Positions 52,659 through 62,088 are shown, numbered from the stretch's first letter. The stretch is 64,000 nt of DNA from Anaerolineales bacterium (GCA_035512695.1 DATKDL010000027.1:21357-85356), one strand, 5' to 3'. Numbers and translations are program-made. The notes: generated by a model from the sequence alone, not told the origin.

Positions 52659-52701
52659 GGCGAATGGGCGAATGGGCGAACCGCCCATTCGCCCATTCGC
52701 C
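52659..52701. repeat. Perfect 20-bp GGCGAATG-unit palindrome 3 nt after the DM13 gene stop
   Basis: GGCGAATGGGCGAATGGGCG-aac-CGCCCATTCGCCCATTCGCC. Confidence 0.85.
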
Positions 52702-52704
52702 ACC

Positions 52705-53325
52705 TCACGGCGCCTGCAGCGCCGCCGCATTGAACGGCACCCGGAACGGCTGGCACCAGATGACGACCGACATGAAGACCTCCGGATCGAACCCGCCGGG
52801 CAGGACGTAGTTCTGATCCCCGATGTTGCCCTTCAGCTGGCCCAGGTCGATCGCCCCCTCCAGTTCGACCCCGATCGTGTTCGGAACCGGGTCCTGGGTC
52901 GCGAGATAAACGTGCAGGTTGGGTCCGTTCAGGACGGCGAAGTTCTCGAAGCGCAGGACGACGGTGCCGTCGGCCAGCCGGTAGACGGTCGCCGTGCCCA
53001 TGCCCTCGTGCGCCAGGTCATAGAACTGGCCCTGGGCCAGGATGACCATCTCGTCCACCTCGCCCTCCGGCATCGGCTCGGCCATCTCGGTCGGATCCGC
53101 CTCGATGGCCTCATCCATCATCTCGGTGGCTTTGGCCTCCATCTCCGGGTCGTAGAAGACGTTTCCGCCCGGGACGGGGCTCGGGAGCGCTTCGCTGACC
53201 TCCCGGTCAAAGAACAAAGGCGAAAGCAGGTAGTAGCCGGCACCGGCCAGGACGACGCAGCCGGCGGCGACGGCGATCAGGATCAGGTAGGTTCTCGGTT
53301 TCATCCAGTCTCCTTGGGGCATCAT
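52705..53325 (-). CDS. Membrane-anchored DM13-domain protein
   Basis: N-terminal TM helix. C-terminal GQFYDLAHEGMGTATVYRLADGTVVLRFENFAVLNGPNLHVYL...VVIWCQPF fits the DM13 pattern. The start is 53325 or 53304. Confidence 0.6.
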   Translation of the reverse strand: MMPQGDWMKPRTYLILIAVAAGCVVLAGAGYYLLSPLFFDREVSEALPSPVPGGNVFYDPEMEAKATEMMDEAIEADPTEMAEPMPEGEVDEMVILAQGQFYDLAHEGMGTATVYRLADGTVVLRFENFAVLNGPNLHVYLATQDPVPNTIGVELEGAIDLGQLKGNIGDQNYVLPGGFDPEVFMSVVIWCQPFRVPFNAAALQAP

Positions 53326-53397
53326 GCACTCCCCTACCGGGTATTCGGTATGGGGTGTAATAATCCTACCGGGATGTGGTTACGGGAACCTTACAGG

Positions 53398-53913
53398 CTA
53401 TGGGTTGACGAGAATCGATCCGAAGCCCAGCGTGAGGCTGAACAGGAAGATGCAGAAGAAGAACAACATCGGCAGCAGGCCGAATGCCGACAGGGCGATG
53501 CCGATGACCCCCAGCACCCGGGTCCGCTCCTCGTCGAGCCCTTTCCGGCGGTTGGTCAGGGCTGTGATGGCGAGCAGCAGCGAGAGAATAGGCAGGCAGT
53601 AAATCCCACCGAAAATGGACAGGATCGTCGTTCCGGCGATCAGGGCGGCGGCCGCCGCCAACAGGTCGGTCTGATTCCCCTGGTAAGGGGCGGTCTGGGC
53701 TGCCGCCTCCTCCACCTCCCGCACACGGATCCCGCCCTCGTACAGCGCCGGTGACTGGACGGTCCCGCCCTTCTTTTCGTGTCCCTCCGCATGCGTCTCG
53801 CACAGCCGCCGCCCGTCGTCTGCATACCACAGGCAAAGATCGCACAGCGGATCGCCGCAGGTCTCGCAGTGCTCGATCGCGGCGTGGTCGGGGTGGTTGA
53901 TACAGGGTTCCAT
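53398..53913 (-). CDS. B-box-type zinc-finger membrane protein (hypothetical)
   Basis: N-terminal CINHPDHAAIEHCETCGDPLCDLCL...CETH, then 3 TM helices. Confidence 0.6.
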   Translation of the reverse strand: MEPCINHPDHAAIEHCETCGDPLCDLCLWYADDGRRLCETHAEGHEKKGGTVQSPALYEGGIRVREVEEAAAQTAPYQGNQTDLLAAAAALIAGTTILSIFGGIYCLPILSLLLAITALTNRRKGLDEERTRVLGVIGIALSAFGLLPMLFFFCIFLFSLTLGFGSILVNP

Positions 53914-53924
53914 AAAGAGGTTTC

Positions 53925-53975
53925 GAGAAAATTATGGGTGCACCGGGCGAAGCCCGGTGCACCCATAATTTTCTC
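53925..53975 (-). terminator. Perfect 24-bp hairpin overlapping the S10 peptidase stop
   Basis: GAGAAAATTATGGGTGCACCGGGC-gaa-GCCCGGTGCACCCATAATTTTCTC. Confidence 0.75.
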
Positions 53976-55479
53976 ACGGATCCGAAACAGCCGAATCGAT
54001 GAACCCCGCCAGGTCTTCCTTCATCTGCGCCAGCGAGGGCATGTGCATGTACATCATGTGACCCGCTTCGTAGTAGGCCATCGTCACATTCCCGCGCAGG
54101 CTCGGGTCCAGGCCGAGGTGGTTGAAGGTGTATTCGGTGGCGAAGTAGGGGGTGCCCAGGTCGTAGTAGCCGTTGCCGACGAAGACCTTGAGGTAGCGGT
54201 TGATCGTCATCGCCTTGCGCAGGATCTCGGCCACGTTGAGGAAGCTATTCTCGCTGCTCTTGTAGCTCCAGGGTCCGACGCTGCCGGTCAGGATCTCGTA
54301 GGGCAGGTCGTTCTCGTACTCGAGCTCGGAGCGGACGTAATCGTTGAAGGCGGCGGTGTAGGTGCCGAAGATCTCGGCCAGCATGGGGTCGTACTCGTGG
54401 AATTCGCCGGCCGAGTCGCGGTCGATGCCCTTGAAGCGCGAGTCGAGGCGACCGACGGTACGGCCCTCGTCCCGCAGGAGCTCCTTAAAGAAGCGGTGGG
54501 TGTTGATCCGCAGATCGGTCCGGCGGATATAGTCCTCGCTCAACCCGGTGTAGCGGGCGAGCCGCTCGACGACGGACTCGTAGCCGGCCTCCGACAGCGA
54601 AGCCCCGCGCATCAAAGCTTGCGCATAGTCATTGAATGCGAATTCCTCCACCTCGTCGAGCGTCTCCCGCAGATCGACCTGCAGGTCCTCCGGAAGCCGC
54701 TTGTGGAACCAGGCCGTGGCGGTGTAGGACGGCAGGAAAAGGATGTAGGGCAGGTCGTGTCCCGGGGTGAAGCGGGCGGTCGAAAAATCGAGGATCGATG
54801 AAACCAGGATGATCCCGTTCAGGTACATCAGGTGCCGCTCCTGCAGATACCCGGACAGCCCGGCGGCGCGGGTGGTGCCGTAGCTTTCGCCGATCAGGAA
54901 TTTTGGCGACGTCCAACGCTTGTATCGGGAAGTGTACAGCCGGATGAAATCGCCCACCGATTCGATGTCCTTGCGGACCTCGTGAAAGCGGTTGGCCTTC
55001 TCGCCCTCGACCACACGGCTGTAGCCGGTGCTGACCGGATCGATAAAGACCAGGTCGGTCTTGTCCAGCAGCGAATACTCGTTGTCGACCAGCTTGAAGG
55101 GCGGCGGCGGCATCGCCCCGTCGTCCAGGTTGTAGACCCGCCGCGGGCCGAGCACCCCCAGGTGCAGCCAGACCGATGACGACCCCGGACCGCCGTTGAA
55201 TGAGAAGGTGACCGGGCGTTTCGATTTGTCCTCAACGCCGTCCTTCGTATAGGCGATGAAAAAGATCTCGGCCCTGGGCTTGTAGCCCTCGGATTCCTCG
55301 TCGCGCGAGCCTTCCTCCTTGAGCACGATCGTCCCGGTGGTGACGGTGTAGTCGATCTTCTTTCGGCCGATCTTCACGGAGTGCGAACTGGTGACGAGCT
55401 GGTCCTGGGGGGTTTTCTTTTCTTCCTTCTCCTTTCCGTTCTCGCCGTTATGGTCGTCTTCTTTATCGTTTGCTGGCAT
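53974..55479 (-). CDS. Peptidase S10-family serine carboxypeptidase
   Basis: Starts at MPANDKED (55479). FNGGPGSSS, catalytic-Ser motif LIGESYGT, and C-terminal AGHMMY (His). Confidence 0.8.
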   Translation of the reverse strand: MPANDKEDDHNGENGKEKEEKKTPQDQLVTSSHSVKIGRKKIDYTVTTGTIVLKEEGSRDEESEGYKPRAEIFFIAYTKDGVEDKSKRPVTFSFNGGPGSSSVWLHLGVLGPRRVYNLDDGAMPPPPFKLVDNEYSLLDKTDLVFIDPVSTGYSRVVEGEKANRFHEVRKDIESVGDFIRLYTSRYKRWTSPKFLIGESYGTTRAAGLSGYLQERHLMYLNGIILVSSILDFSTARFTPGHDLPYILFLPSYTATAWFHKRLPEDLQVDLRETLDEVEEFAFNDYAQALMRGASLSEAGYESVVERLARYTGLSEDYIRRTDLRINTHRFFKELLRDEGRTVGRLDSRFKGIDRDSAGEFHEYDPMLAEIFGTYTAAFNDYVRSELEYENDLPYEILTGSVGPWSYKSSENSFLNVAEILRKAMTINRYLKVFVGNGYYDLGTPYFATEYTFNHLGLDPSLRGNVTMAYYEAGHMMYMHMPSLAQMKEDLAGFIDSAVSDP

Positions 55480-55500
55480 GCGGACTCCTGCGGAGGGGAT

Positions 55501-55555
55501 TGAAAAATTGGATACCGCAGCGGGGTGAAACCCCGCTGCGGTATCCAATTTTTCA
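55501..55555. repeat. Perfect 25-bp palindrome between divergent S10-peptidase and methyltransferase genes
   Basis: TGAAAAATTGGATACCGCAGCGGGG-tgaaa-CCCCGCTGCGGTATCCAATTTTTCA. Confidence 0.85.
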
Positions 55556-55608
55556 TCATCTGATTTCGGATGCGCAATAGTATACCCGCGACGGGGTACA
55601 ATCGCCCG

Positions 55609-56622
55609 ATGACCCAGTTCATCTACACCTGCGCCCCCGAATCGGAGATCGAGGCGCGCGACGAATTGAAAGCCCTGGAGACCGGAATCGAGGCCGTCCG
55701 GCGGCTGGCGCCGGGCGTCTTCCTGGCGCGCTGCGAGCCGAGTTGGAAGGAACTGGCCGCGCGCCTGGTCCACCGGCCCCCGGTCTGGACCCGGCACGTC
55801 AACCCGGTTTCGCTCCGGCTCCCGCTGCGTGGCGACGCCGGGGACCTGGCCGCCCTCGAAGCGGCCCTCCCATCCGTCCTGATGGACCTGGACACCGGGT
55901 TATCCTTCTCGATCCAGACGAGACTGCTGGGGGAGAGCCGCTGGGCGTACAGCCGGTTCGACGTGAACGAACGGCTGGCCGCCGTGGCAGCCGGCTGGGG
56001 CGCTGCGCTGGATGTCCGCGCCCCCGACCAGGCGCTCTCTGTGGTTTGCATTCCCGGCGAGGCCTTTCTGGGCATCTCGCTGGCCGCCCACAACCTGAGC
56101 AGCTGGGCCGGCGGCGAGATCCGGTACCGCAAGGAACCGGAGCGGATCAGCCGGGCCGAGTTCAAGCTGCTCGAAGCGCTGGAGACCTTTAGGGTCGACT
56201 TCCCGAAAAGCGGCCGCGCCCTCGACCTCGGCGCCTCCCCAGGCGGCTGGACCCGCCTCCTGCTTGAGCACGGTCTGGAAGTGACGGCCGTCGACCCGGC
56301 CGAGCTGGACCCGCGCCTCTCGGGCCACCCCGGGCTCCGTCACATCCGCGCCCGTTTCGAAGATGCCAGGCTGTCCGGCCCCTTCGACGTTGTCCTGAAC
56401 GACATGCGCCTGGACGCCCGCGACTCGGCCCGCCTGATGGCGGACGCCGTCAGCCTGGCCGCGCCCGGCGCCCTGTCGGTGATGACCCTCAAACTACCGG
56501 AAAACCGCAAAGCCCTGACCGCAGAAGCCGCTCTGCGGATCCTGGCCAGGGATTGGAATGTCCTGGCCGCAAGGCAGCTGTTTCATAACCGGAATGAGGT
56601 GACCGTCGTGCTCAGGAGGTGA
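55609..56622 (+). CDS. RlmM/FtsJ-like SAM-dependent RNA 2'-O-ribose methyltransferase with an N-terminal THUMP-like domain
   Basis: TACAAT at 55597-55602 lies 6 nt before the ATG. RAEFKLLEALE...ALDLGASPGGWT is the FtsJ/RlmM motif. Confidence 0.65.
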   Translation: MTQFIYTCAPESEIEARDELKALETGIEAVRRLAPGVFLARCEPSWKELAARLVHRPPVWTRHVNPVSLRLPLRGDAGDLAALEAALPSVLMDLDTGLSFSIQTRLLGESRWAYSRFDVNERLAAVAAGWGAALDVRAPDQALSVVCIPGEAFLGISLAAHNLSSWAGGEIRYRKEPERISRAEFKLLEALETFRVDFPKSGRALDLGASPGGWTRLLLEHGLEVTAVDPAELDPRLSGHPGLRHIRARFEDARLSGPFDVVLNDMRLDARDSARLMADAVSLAAPGALSVMTLKLPENRKALTAEAALRILARDWNVLAARQLFHNRNEVTVVLRR

Positions 56623-56644
56623 CTGTCACCTGACCGATCAAGCG

Positions 56645-57643
56645 ATGAAATCATTTTCCTCCCTCACCCGCCTCGGCCAGGTCCGCCGCCTGCGCGCCCT
56701 CGCCCTCGCCGCCCTCAGGCAGTACGATCTCAAAGTCGCACGCCTCAGCTTGTTGACCTACCACTTCAACGCCATCTTCCGGATCGACACACCCGGCAAG
56801 GAGCGCTTCGTCTTGCGGATCAATATCCCCCGCATCCGTACGCTCGGGAACATCCGCTCCGAGGCGCTCTGGCTTGCCGCACTCTCCCGGGACACGGACC
56901 TCACCGTCCCCACCCCGGTCCTCAATCGTTCGGGCGAGCGGGTGACCACCGTTGCCGCCTCCGGCATCCCCGAACCGCGGCACTGCGTCGTGTTCGAATG
57001 GGTACCCGGTCAGGACCTGCGGCACCGGATGACGACCGGCAACTACCGCAAGCTGGGCGCGCTCACCAGCCGGCTGCACGACCACGCCGAAGCGTGGAAC
57101 CCGCCCCCCGGTTTCGACGTCCCCACGCATACCGGGATCTTCATATTCGACACCCCCGAACTGTTCTGGGAGACGACCCAAGCCCCGGAAGTCATCACGC
57201 CCGATCGGGCCGCCCTGTTCCGGGAGACGGCTCGGCGGGTCCAGGCCGGTCTGGACGCCATTTACGCCAAAGCCGGCAAGCCGCACATCCTGCACGCCGA
57301 CCTGCACCAGGGGAACGTCCGCATCATGCGCGGTGGCGATCTGAGCGTCCTCGATTTCGACGATTGCCTGGCCGGACATTTCGTCCAGGACATCGGCATC
57401 ACGTTCTACTATATGCAGGGCCATCCGGAGTACGAAGCGCTGCGCAGCGCCTACCGCGACGGCTACGAAAACCGCCGCCCCTGGCCGGAGACCGGGGAAC
57501 GGCAGATCGAGACCATCATCGCCGGTCGCGAACTGCTCCTGTTCCAGTTCCTGTTCTTTTCGGATAATCCACGATACCGGGATGCCGTCCCCCGCTACAT
57601 CGCTCGGGCGGAAGCGCGTTCGCGCGGTTATTTGGACGGCTGA
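56645..57643 (+). CDS. APH/ChoK-family phosphotransferase (kinase-like fold)
   Basis: Brenner motif ILHADLHQGNV and the DFDD metal-binding motif. Confidence 0.75.
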   Translation: MKSFSSLTRLGQVRRLRALALAALRQYDLKVARLSLLTYHFNAIFRIDTPGKERFVLRINIPRIRTLGNIRSEALWLAALSRDTDLTVPTPVLNRSGERVTTVAASGIPEPRHCVVFEWVPGQDLRHRMTTGNYRKLGALTSRLHDHAEAWNPPPGFDVPTHTGIFIFDTPELFWETTQAPEVITPDRAALFRETARRVQAGLDAIYAKAGKPHILHADLHQGNVRIMRGGDLSVLDFDDCLAGHFVQDIGITFYYMQGHPEYEALRSAYRDGYENRRPWPETGERQIETIIAGRELLLFQFLFFSDNPRYRDAVPRYIARAEARSRGYLDG

Positions 57644-57650
57644 CGCGCGT

Positions 57651-57908
57651 TCAATGAAAGATATCCTGGTGGGCCTGGTCCGCTTCTTCGGCCACCTGCC
57701 GGGCGTCGGCCCTGGTCTCCTCTGCGATCCCCACCGTCCGGGGGACCAGCTTGACCAGCTCGCGGGCCTCACGCAGTTTCGCTTTCACCGCGATGACATA
57801 ATTGAAATTGAATTTCCCCCCTTCCTCCGGCACGGGCAGCTCGCGCGCCTCCAGGATCAATGCGCGGGCCATCTCAATTCGTTTTGCGGCGGGGATCAGT
57901 TTGGCCAT
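57651..57908 (-). CDS. Small helical protein (85 aa, hypothetical)
   Basis: ATG 57908. Charged helical sequence with no recognisable domain. Confidence 0.45.
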   Translation of the reverse strand: MAKLIPAAKRIEMARALILEARELPVPEEGGKFNFNYVIAVKAKLREARELVKLVPRTVGIAEETRADARQVAEEADQAHQDIFH

Positions 57909-57941
57909 GGGGAACTCCGGTTTGAGGGATGGGGTTTTTTA

Positions 57942-58007
57942 TTGGTTGGCTGGTTGGTTCTCTGGAAAACAGGTTACCAATTTACCACAGATAACCAGCC
58001 AACCAGC
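57942..58007. repeat. Hairpin with TTGG/CTGG tandem-unit arms and a ~33-nt loop
   Basis: TTGGTTGGCTGGTTGGTT ... AACCAGCCAACCAGC, with a 12-nt perfect core (GGTTGGCTGGTT). It lies between divergent genes. Confidence 0.65.
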
Positions 58008-58048
58008 AAACGCTCCACCTGCCCACCACCAGGTAAAATACTTCCACT

Positions 58049-59554
58049 ATGAAACCACCCTACCCCGAATTCCTCTCCCTCATGCGTGAGATCTCCGACC
58101 TCAATAAAGCCGCCTCCGTCCTGAGCTGGGATCGGCAGACTTATATGCCCCCAGCGGGCGCAGGGGCGCGGACCCGGCAATCGGCCACCCTGGCCCGGCT
58201 CAGCCACGAGCGCATGACCGGCAACCGCCTCGGCGATCTGCTCGAAGCGCTCGACGGCCAGGAAGACGTCCTCGACCCGGATTCGACCGAGGCCTCCCTC
58301 GTCCGCTGGGCCCGGCACGAATACGAACGCAGCCGCCGGGTCCCGACCGCCCTGGTCACTGCTTCGGCCGAGGCTTCCGGTGCGGCCAACGTCGCCTGGC
58401 AAAAAGCCCGCCCCGCGGACGATTTCCAGTCCTTCCTCCCGCACATCGAGCGGATGTTCAAGCTGGCGGCGGAATACGCGGCCTGCTTCCCCGAGTTCGC
58501 CCATCCCTACGACGCCCTGCTGGATCGCTTCGAGCAGGGGCTGACGACCGAAAAGCTCAAGCGGATCTTCGATGAGGTCAAAGGTCCGCAGAGCGATCTC
58601 GTGCAGGCGATCGCCGGCTCCGGGGTCGCGATAGACGACGGGCTCCTCCACCAGCACTTCCCGCGGGACGCCCAGCTGGCGGCTTCGCTCGAGGCCGCCC
58701 AGGCGCTCGGATACGATCTCGAACGCGGCCGCCTGGACCTTACAACCCACCCGTTCGCTTCATCCTTCAGCGTCAACGACGCCCGCATTACGACCCGCGT
58801 CCAGGAGGATTTCCTCAACACCTGCCTTTTCGGGACCCTGCACGAGACCGGGCATGCCTTATATGAATTGGGCGTGGCCCAGGACCTGGATGGGCTCCCA
58901 CTGGCCCGCGGGACGTCTTCGGGGATCCACGAAAGCCAATCGCGGCTGTTTGAGAACCTGATCGGCCGCAGCCGATCCTTCGCCGAGTTCCTGCTCCCGC
59001 TTTTGCAGCGGCACTTTCCGGACCGGCTCGGCGGGGTCTCCGCCGAGGCATTTTACCGGTCGATCAACAAGGTCGAACCGTCCCTCATCCGGGTTGAAGC
59101 GGACGAAGTCAGCTACAACCTGCACATCATTATCCGCTTTGAGATCGAGCTGGCGCTGATGGAAGGCAATCTGAGACCAGCAGACCTGCCGGGGGCCTGG
59201 CGGGAGAAGTTCGATGAATACCTTGGGATCACCCCGCCGAACGACCGGCTGGGCGTGCTGCAGGACGTCCATTGGTCGTGGGGCCTGATCGGCCATTTCC
59301 AGTCCTATGCACTCGGGAACATCATTTCGGCGCTGTGGTGGCGGGAGATCGAGGCGGTGGTCGGCGACCCGGATGTGCTGATGCGAAAAGGGGAGATCAC
59401 CCCGATCCGCGAGTGGCTGATCGAGAACGTCCACCGCCACGGCCGCAAATACCCTCCCGTCGACCTGATCCGCCGGGTGACCGGGGGGGAGATCGAGACG
59501 CGGCCGTACCTGGCGTATTTGACCGAGAAGTACTCGGCGATTTACGGTTTGTGA
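58049..59554 (+). CDS. Carboxypeptidase M32 (Taq-type metallocarboxypeptidase)
   Basis: HETGHALYE (HExxH), GIHESQSRLFEN, and DVHWS/IGHFQSY motifs. Confidence 0.9.
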   Translation: MKPPYPEFLSLMREISDLNKAASVLSWDRQTYMPPAGAGARTRQSATLARLSHERMTGNRLGDLLEALDGQEDVLDPDSTEASLVRWARHEYERSRRVPTALVTASAEASGAANVAWQKARPADDFQSFLPHIERMFKLAAEYAACFPEFAHPYDALLDRFEQGLTTEKLKRIFDEVKGPQSDLVQAIAGSGVAIDDGLLHQHFPRDAQLAASLEAAQALGYDLERGRLDLTTHPFASSFSVNDARITTRVQEDFLNTCLFGTLHETGHALYELGVAQDLDGLPLARGTSSGIHESQSRLFENLIGRSRSFAEFLLPLLQRHFPDRLGGVSAEAFYRSINKVEPSLIRVEADEVSYNLHIIIRFEIELALMEGNLRPADLPGAWREKFDEYLGITPPNDRLGVLQDVHWSWGLIGHFQSYALGNIISALWWREIEAVVGDPDVLMRKGEITPIREWLIENVHRHGRKYPPVDLIRRVTGGEIETRPYLAYLTEKYSAIYGL

Positions 59555-59575
59555 CCGTGGTCGTAAACAAAATCG

Positions 59576-60556
59576 TTAAAAATACGACAGGTTCGAATTC
59601 ACCTTGCTTCGCTCCCCCGGGTAGAAAAACTCCAAAATCATCGGCATCCGCCTCGCCCAGGCGATTTCATTGTGTCTGGCGCCGTCGTCCAGAAAATAGC
59701 GGAAATCCGGTCCGATCTCGAACCCTTTGTCCAGCAGGACATCGCGGGCCTGGATCGTCAGGGCCTTGCCGTCATCTCCCTGGGTGGATGTTCCTGTCGA
59801 ATCCAGGGTGCCCGAATCGAGCCAGATCCGGACGTCGGGCCGGTCCATGAACGCGAACCGCTCGAGAATCTCCAGGCCGCCCTCCTGGTTTCGGGTCAGC
59901 CAGAAGGCGGGCGAGACGATCGCGTGGTGGCGGGCGAAATCCTCGTGCTCCCAGGCGAAATACGCGTTGAGCAGCCCGCCCATCGACGAGCCGCAGGTCG
60001 CCGTGTTCTCCCGCCCGGGCAGGACCCGGAATGTGGCTGCAATGAACGGCGCCACCTCATCGATGTAATACCCCGCGACCCGGTCCGCCTGCCCCGAGAT
60101 CGTTCTCACCGTCCGTCCGCGCCCGCGTTTCATCCGCAGGGTCATATACGGCGGGAGATATTCCTCCATGCGGTGATCCTCGCCGTGGCCGACCCCGACG
60201 ATGACGGCGGGGCGCATCAGCTTTTCCGCGATCAGCCGGTCGGCGGCCCGGTCGGCCTGCCAGGAGGCGTCGACGTAGCTGTCCTGTACGAAAGCTTCGA
60301 AGACGTTCTGCCCGTCGTGCATGTAGACCGTGGGGTAATACCTGTCTTCCTGATCGTCGTAGCCGGGGGGGAGGTAGATGTAGAGCGGCCGGTCCGGGAG
60401 GGAACCGGTGAAACGCGGGATCTTGACGACCCGCGATCCGGGGGGCTGGTCGGGCATGCGGCGGATTTTATCGTATTTTTCGCGGTAGACTTGAAGGGGA
60501 TGGAAAACATGGGGCAGGTTCGGGGCGCCGCCCTGCACCCGTTCCCCGGTTTTCAC
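59576..60556 (-). CDS. Alpha/beta-hydrolase esterase (esterase D / enterochelin-esterase-like)
   Basis: YLPPGYD..., nucleophile elbow CGSSMGG, and a C-terminal H in GARHNE. Confidence 0.75.
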   Translation of the reverse strand: MKTGERVQGGAPNLPHVFHPLQVYREKYDKIRRMPDQPPGSRVVKIPRFTGSLPDRPLYIYLPPGYDDQEDRYYPTVYMHDGQNVFEAFVQDSYVDASWQADRAADRLIAEKLMRPAVIVGVGHGEDHRMEEYLPPYMTLRMKRGRGRTVRTISGQADRVAGYYIDEVAPFIAATFRVLPGRENTATCGSSMGGLLNAYFAWEHEDFARHHAIVSPAFWLTRNQEGGLEILERFAFMDRPDVRIWLDSGTLDSTGTSTQGDDGKALTIQARDVLLDKGFEIGPDFRYFLDDGARHNEIAWARRMPMILEFFYPGERSKVNSNLSYF

Positions 60557-60584
60557 GTATATTTATCAGACAAGGAGAGGACGA

Positions 60585-60965
60585 ATGAAAGTAAACCAAT
60601 TTCTGATCCGTTGGGGGATCAACATTGTCGGGTTGTATGTGGCGGTGCTGATCGTCCCGGGAGTGACGCTGGCTTCGGGCGACTGGCTCGGGTTCGTCTG
60701 GCTGGCGCTGATTTTTGGGCTGCTCAACGCCCTCGTCCGGCCGTTTTTGATGCTCCTGACCTGCCCGCTGATCATCCTGACGCTCGGCCTGGGCACGCTG
60801 CTGCTCAACACGGTCATGATGTACCTTTTGGAGTGGGCGTCCGACTTGTTCGACCTGGGCTTCGACCTGGCTGGTTTCTGGCCCGCTTTCCTGGGCGCCA
60901 TCGTCGTCACGCTTGTCAGTGTGGCGATGACGATGGTCTTCAAGGATGAATTGAAGAAAAAATGA
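60585..60965 (+). CDS. Phage-holin family IV-like four-TM membrane protein (YvlD-like)
   Basis: WGINIVGLYVAVLIVPGV...LIFGLLNALVRPFLMLLTCPLIILTLGL is the typical superfamily IV pattern. Confidence 0.7.
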   Translation: MKVNQFLIRWGINIVGLYVAVLIVPGVTLASGDWLGFVWLALIFGLLNALVRPFLMLLTCPLIILTLGLGTLLLNTVMMYLLEWASDLFDLGFDLAGFWPAFLGAIVVTLVSVAMTMVFKDELKKK

Positions 60966-60971
60966 ACAACG

Positions 60972-61008
60972 GAAGGGCTGCTGCGGGCAGGGCCCCCGGC
61001 AGCCCTTC
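60972..61008. terminator. Hairpin between convergent genes
   Basis: GAAGGGCTGC...GCAGCCCTTC followed by AATTTTT. Confidence 0.55.
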
Positions 61009-61014
61009 AATTTT

Positions 61015-62088
61015 TCAACGATCTATAAACGATTCAATCGCCTCGAACAGCGCCTCCATATCGGCGAGCTGCAGCTCCCCCATGTGCGCGATCCGGAAGG
61101 TGACCGGCTTGATTGGCCCGTAGCCGCCGGCGATCCGCATCCCGCGCTGCAGCAGGAACCTATTCAGCGCGCCGACATCGAACGTCTCCGCTTTCCGGAT
61201 CGTCGTGACGGTCTGCGAACGGCTCCCGGGCGGGGCGAACAGTTCGAAACCGCGCCCTTCCGCCCAGGCCTGCGTCCGCGCGGCCATGGCGCTGTGTCGG
61301 GCGAACCGGTTTTCCAGCCCTTCCTCGAAGATCCTTTTCAACTGGAGATCCAGGGCGTAGATCAACCCGATCGCCGGCGTGGCGGGGGTCGAGTCCTTCA
61401 CCCGGTGCTTCTCGAGACGCACCAGGTCGAAATACCAGCCGCGGTTCGGCACGCTCTCGGCTCGGGCCATCGCCCGGTCGGAGACCCCGGCCAGCGCCAA
61501 CCCGGGCGGCAGCGCCAGCGCCTTCTGGGACGAGGTCAGCAGAAAATCGATCCCCCAGGCGTCCATCTCGATCTTCGCACCGCTGAGCGAGCTGACCGCA
61601 TCGACGGCGATCAGCGTGTCCGGGCTGGCTGCCCGTGCGGCGGCCGCGATCTCCTGCACCGGGTTCATCATCCCGGTCGAGGTCTCATTGTGGACGACGC
61701 ACAGCAAATCGTAATGATGTTCCTTCAGCTTTTCCGCCACCCGCTCCGCGGTGACCGGCTCGTCCCATTCGGTTTCAAGCCTGTCTGCGCGTTTCCCGTT
61801 GGAACCGGCCACATCGACCCAGCGGTTGCCGAAGGCCCCGTTGGAGCACATCAAAATCTGGCCTTCGTCGGTGACGAAGTTGCGAACGGCCGTCTCCTGG
61901 AGCCCGGTCCCGGACGAGGCGCTCAGGATGACCCGGTGCTCGGTGTAGAAAAGCCGGCGCGCGCCGGACTCCGCCCGATGGAAGATCTCTTCGAACTCGG
62001 CGCTGCGGTGCGGCAGCATCGGGGCGGCCTGCGCCCTGGCGACTTCGTCGGCAACGTCAACCGGACCGGGTACGAACATGGGGGACAT
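61015..62088 (-). CDS. Class V aminotransferase (serine-pyruvate / alanine-glyoxylate type)
   Basis: PGPV at the N-terminus. DAVSSL and SSQKALALPPG (PLP lysine). Confidence 0.85.
   Translation of the reverse strand: MSPMFVPGPVDVADEVARAQAAPMLPHRSAEFEEIFHRAESGARRLFYTEHRVILSASSGTGLQETAVRNFVTDEGQILMCSNGAFGNRWVDVAGSNGKRADRLETEWDEPVTAERVAEKLKEHHYDLLCVVHNETSTGMMNPVQEIAAAARAASPDTLIAVDAVSSLSGAKIEMDAWGIDFLLTSSQKALALPPGLALAGVSDRAMARAESVPNRGWYFDLVRLEKHRVKDSTPATPAIGLIYALDLQLKRIFEEGLENRFARHSAMAARTQAWAEGRGFELFAPPGSRSQTVTTIRKAETFDVGALNRFLLQRGMRIAGGYGPIKPVTFRIAHMGELQLADMEALFEAIESFIDR

Noticed and set aside
60585-60965. The holin-family gene as evidence of a prophage
   Set aside because: It is isolated. No endolysin, capsid, tail, integrase or att-like repeats are nearby. 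This family (YvlD-like) is commonly chromosomal.
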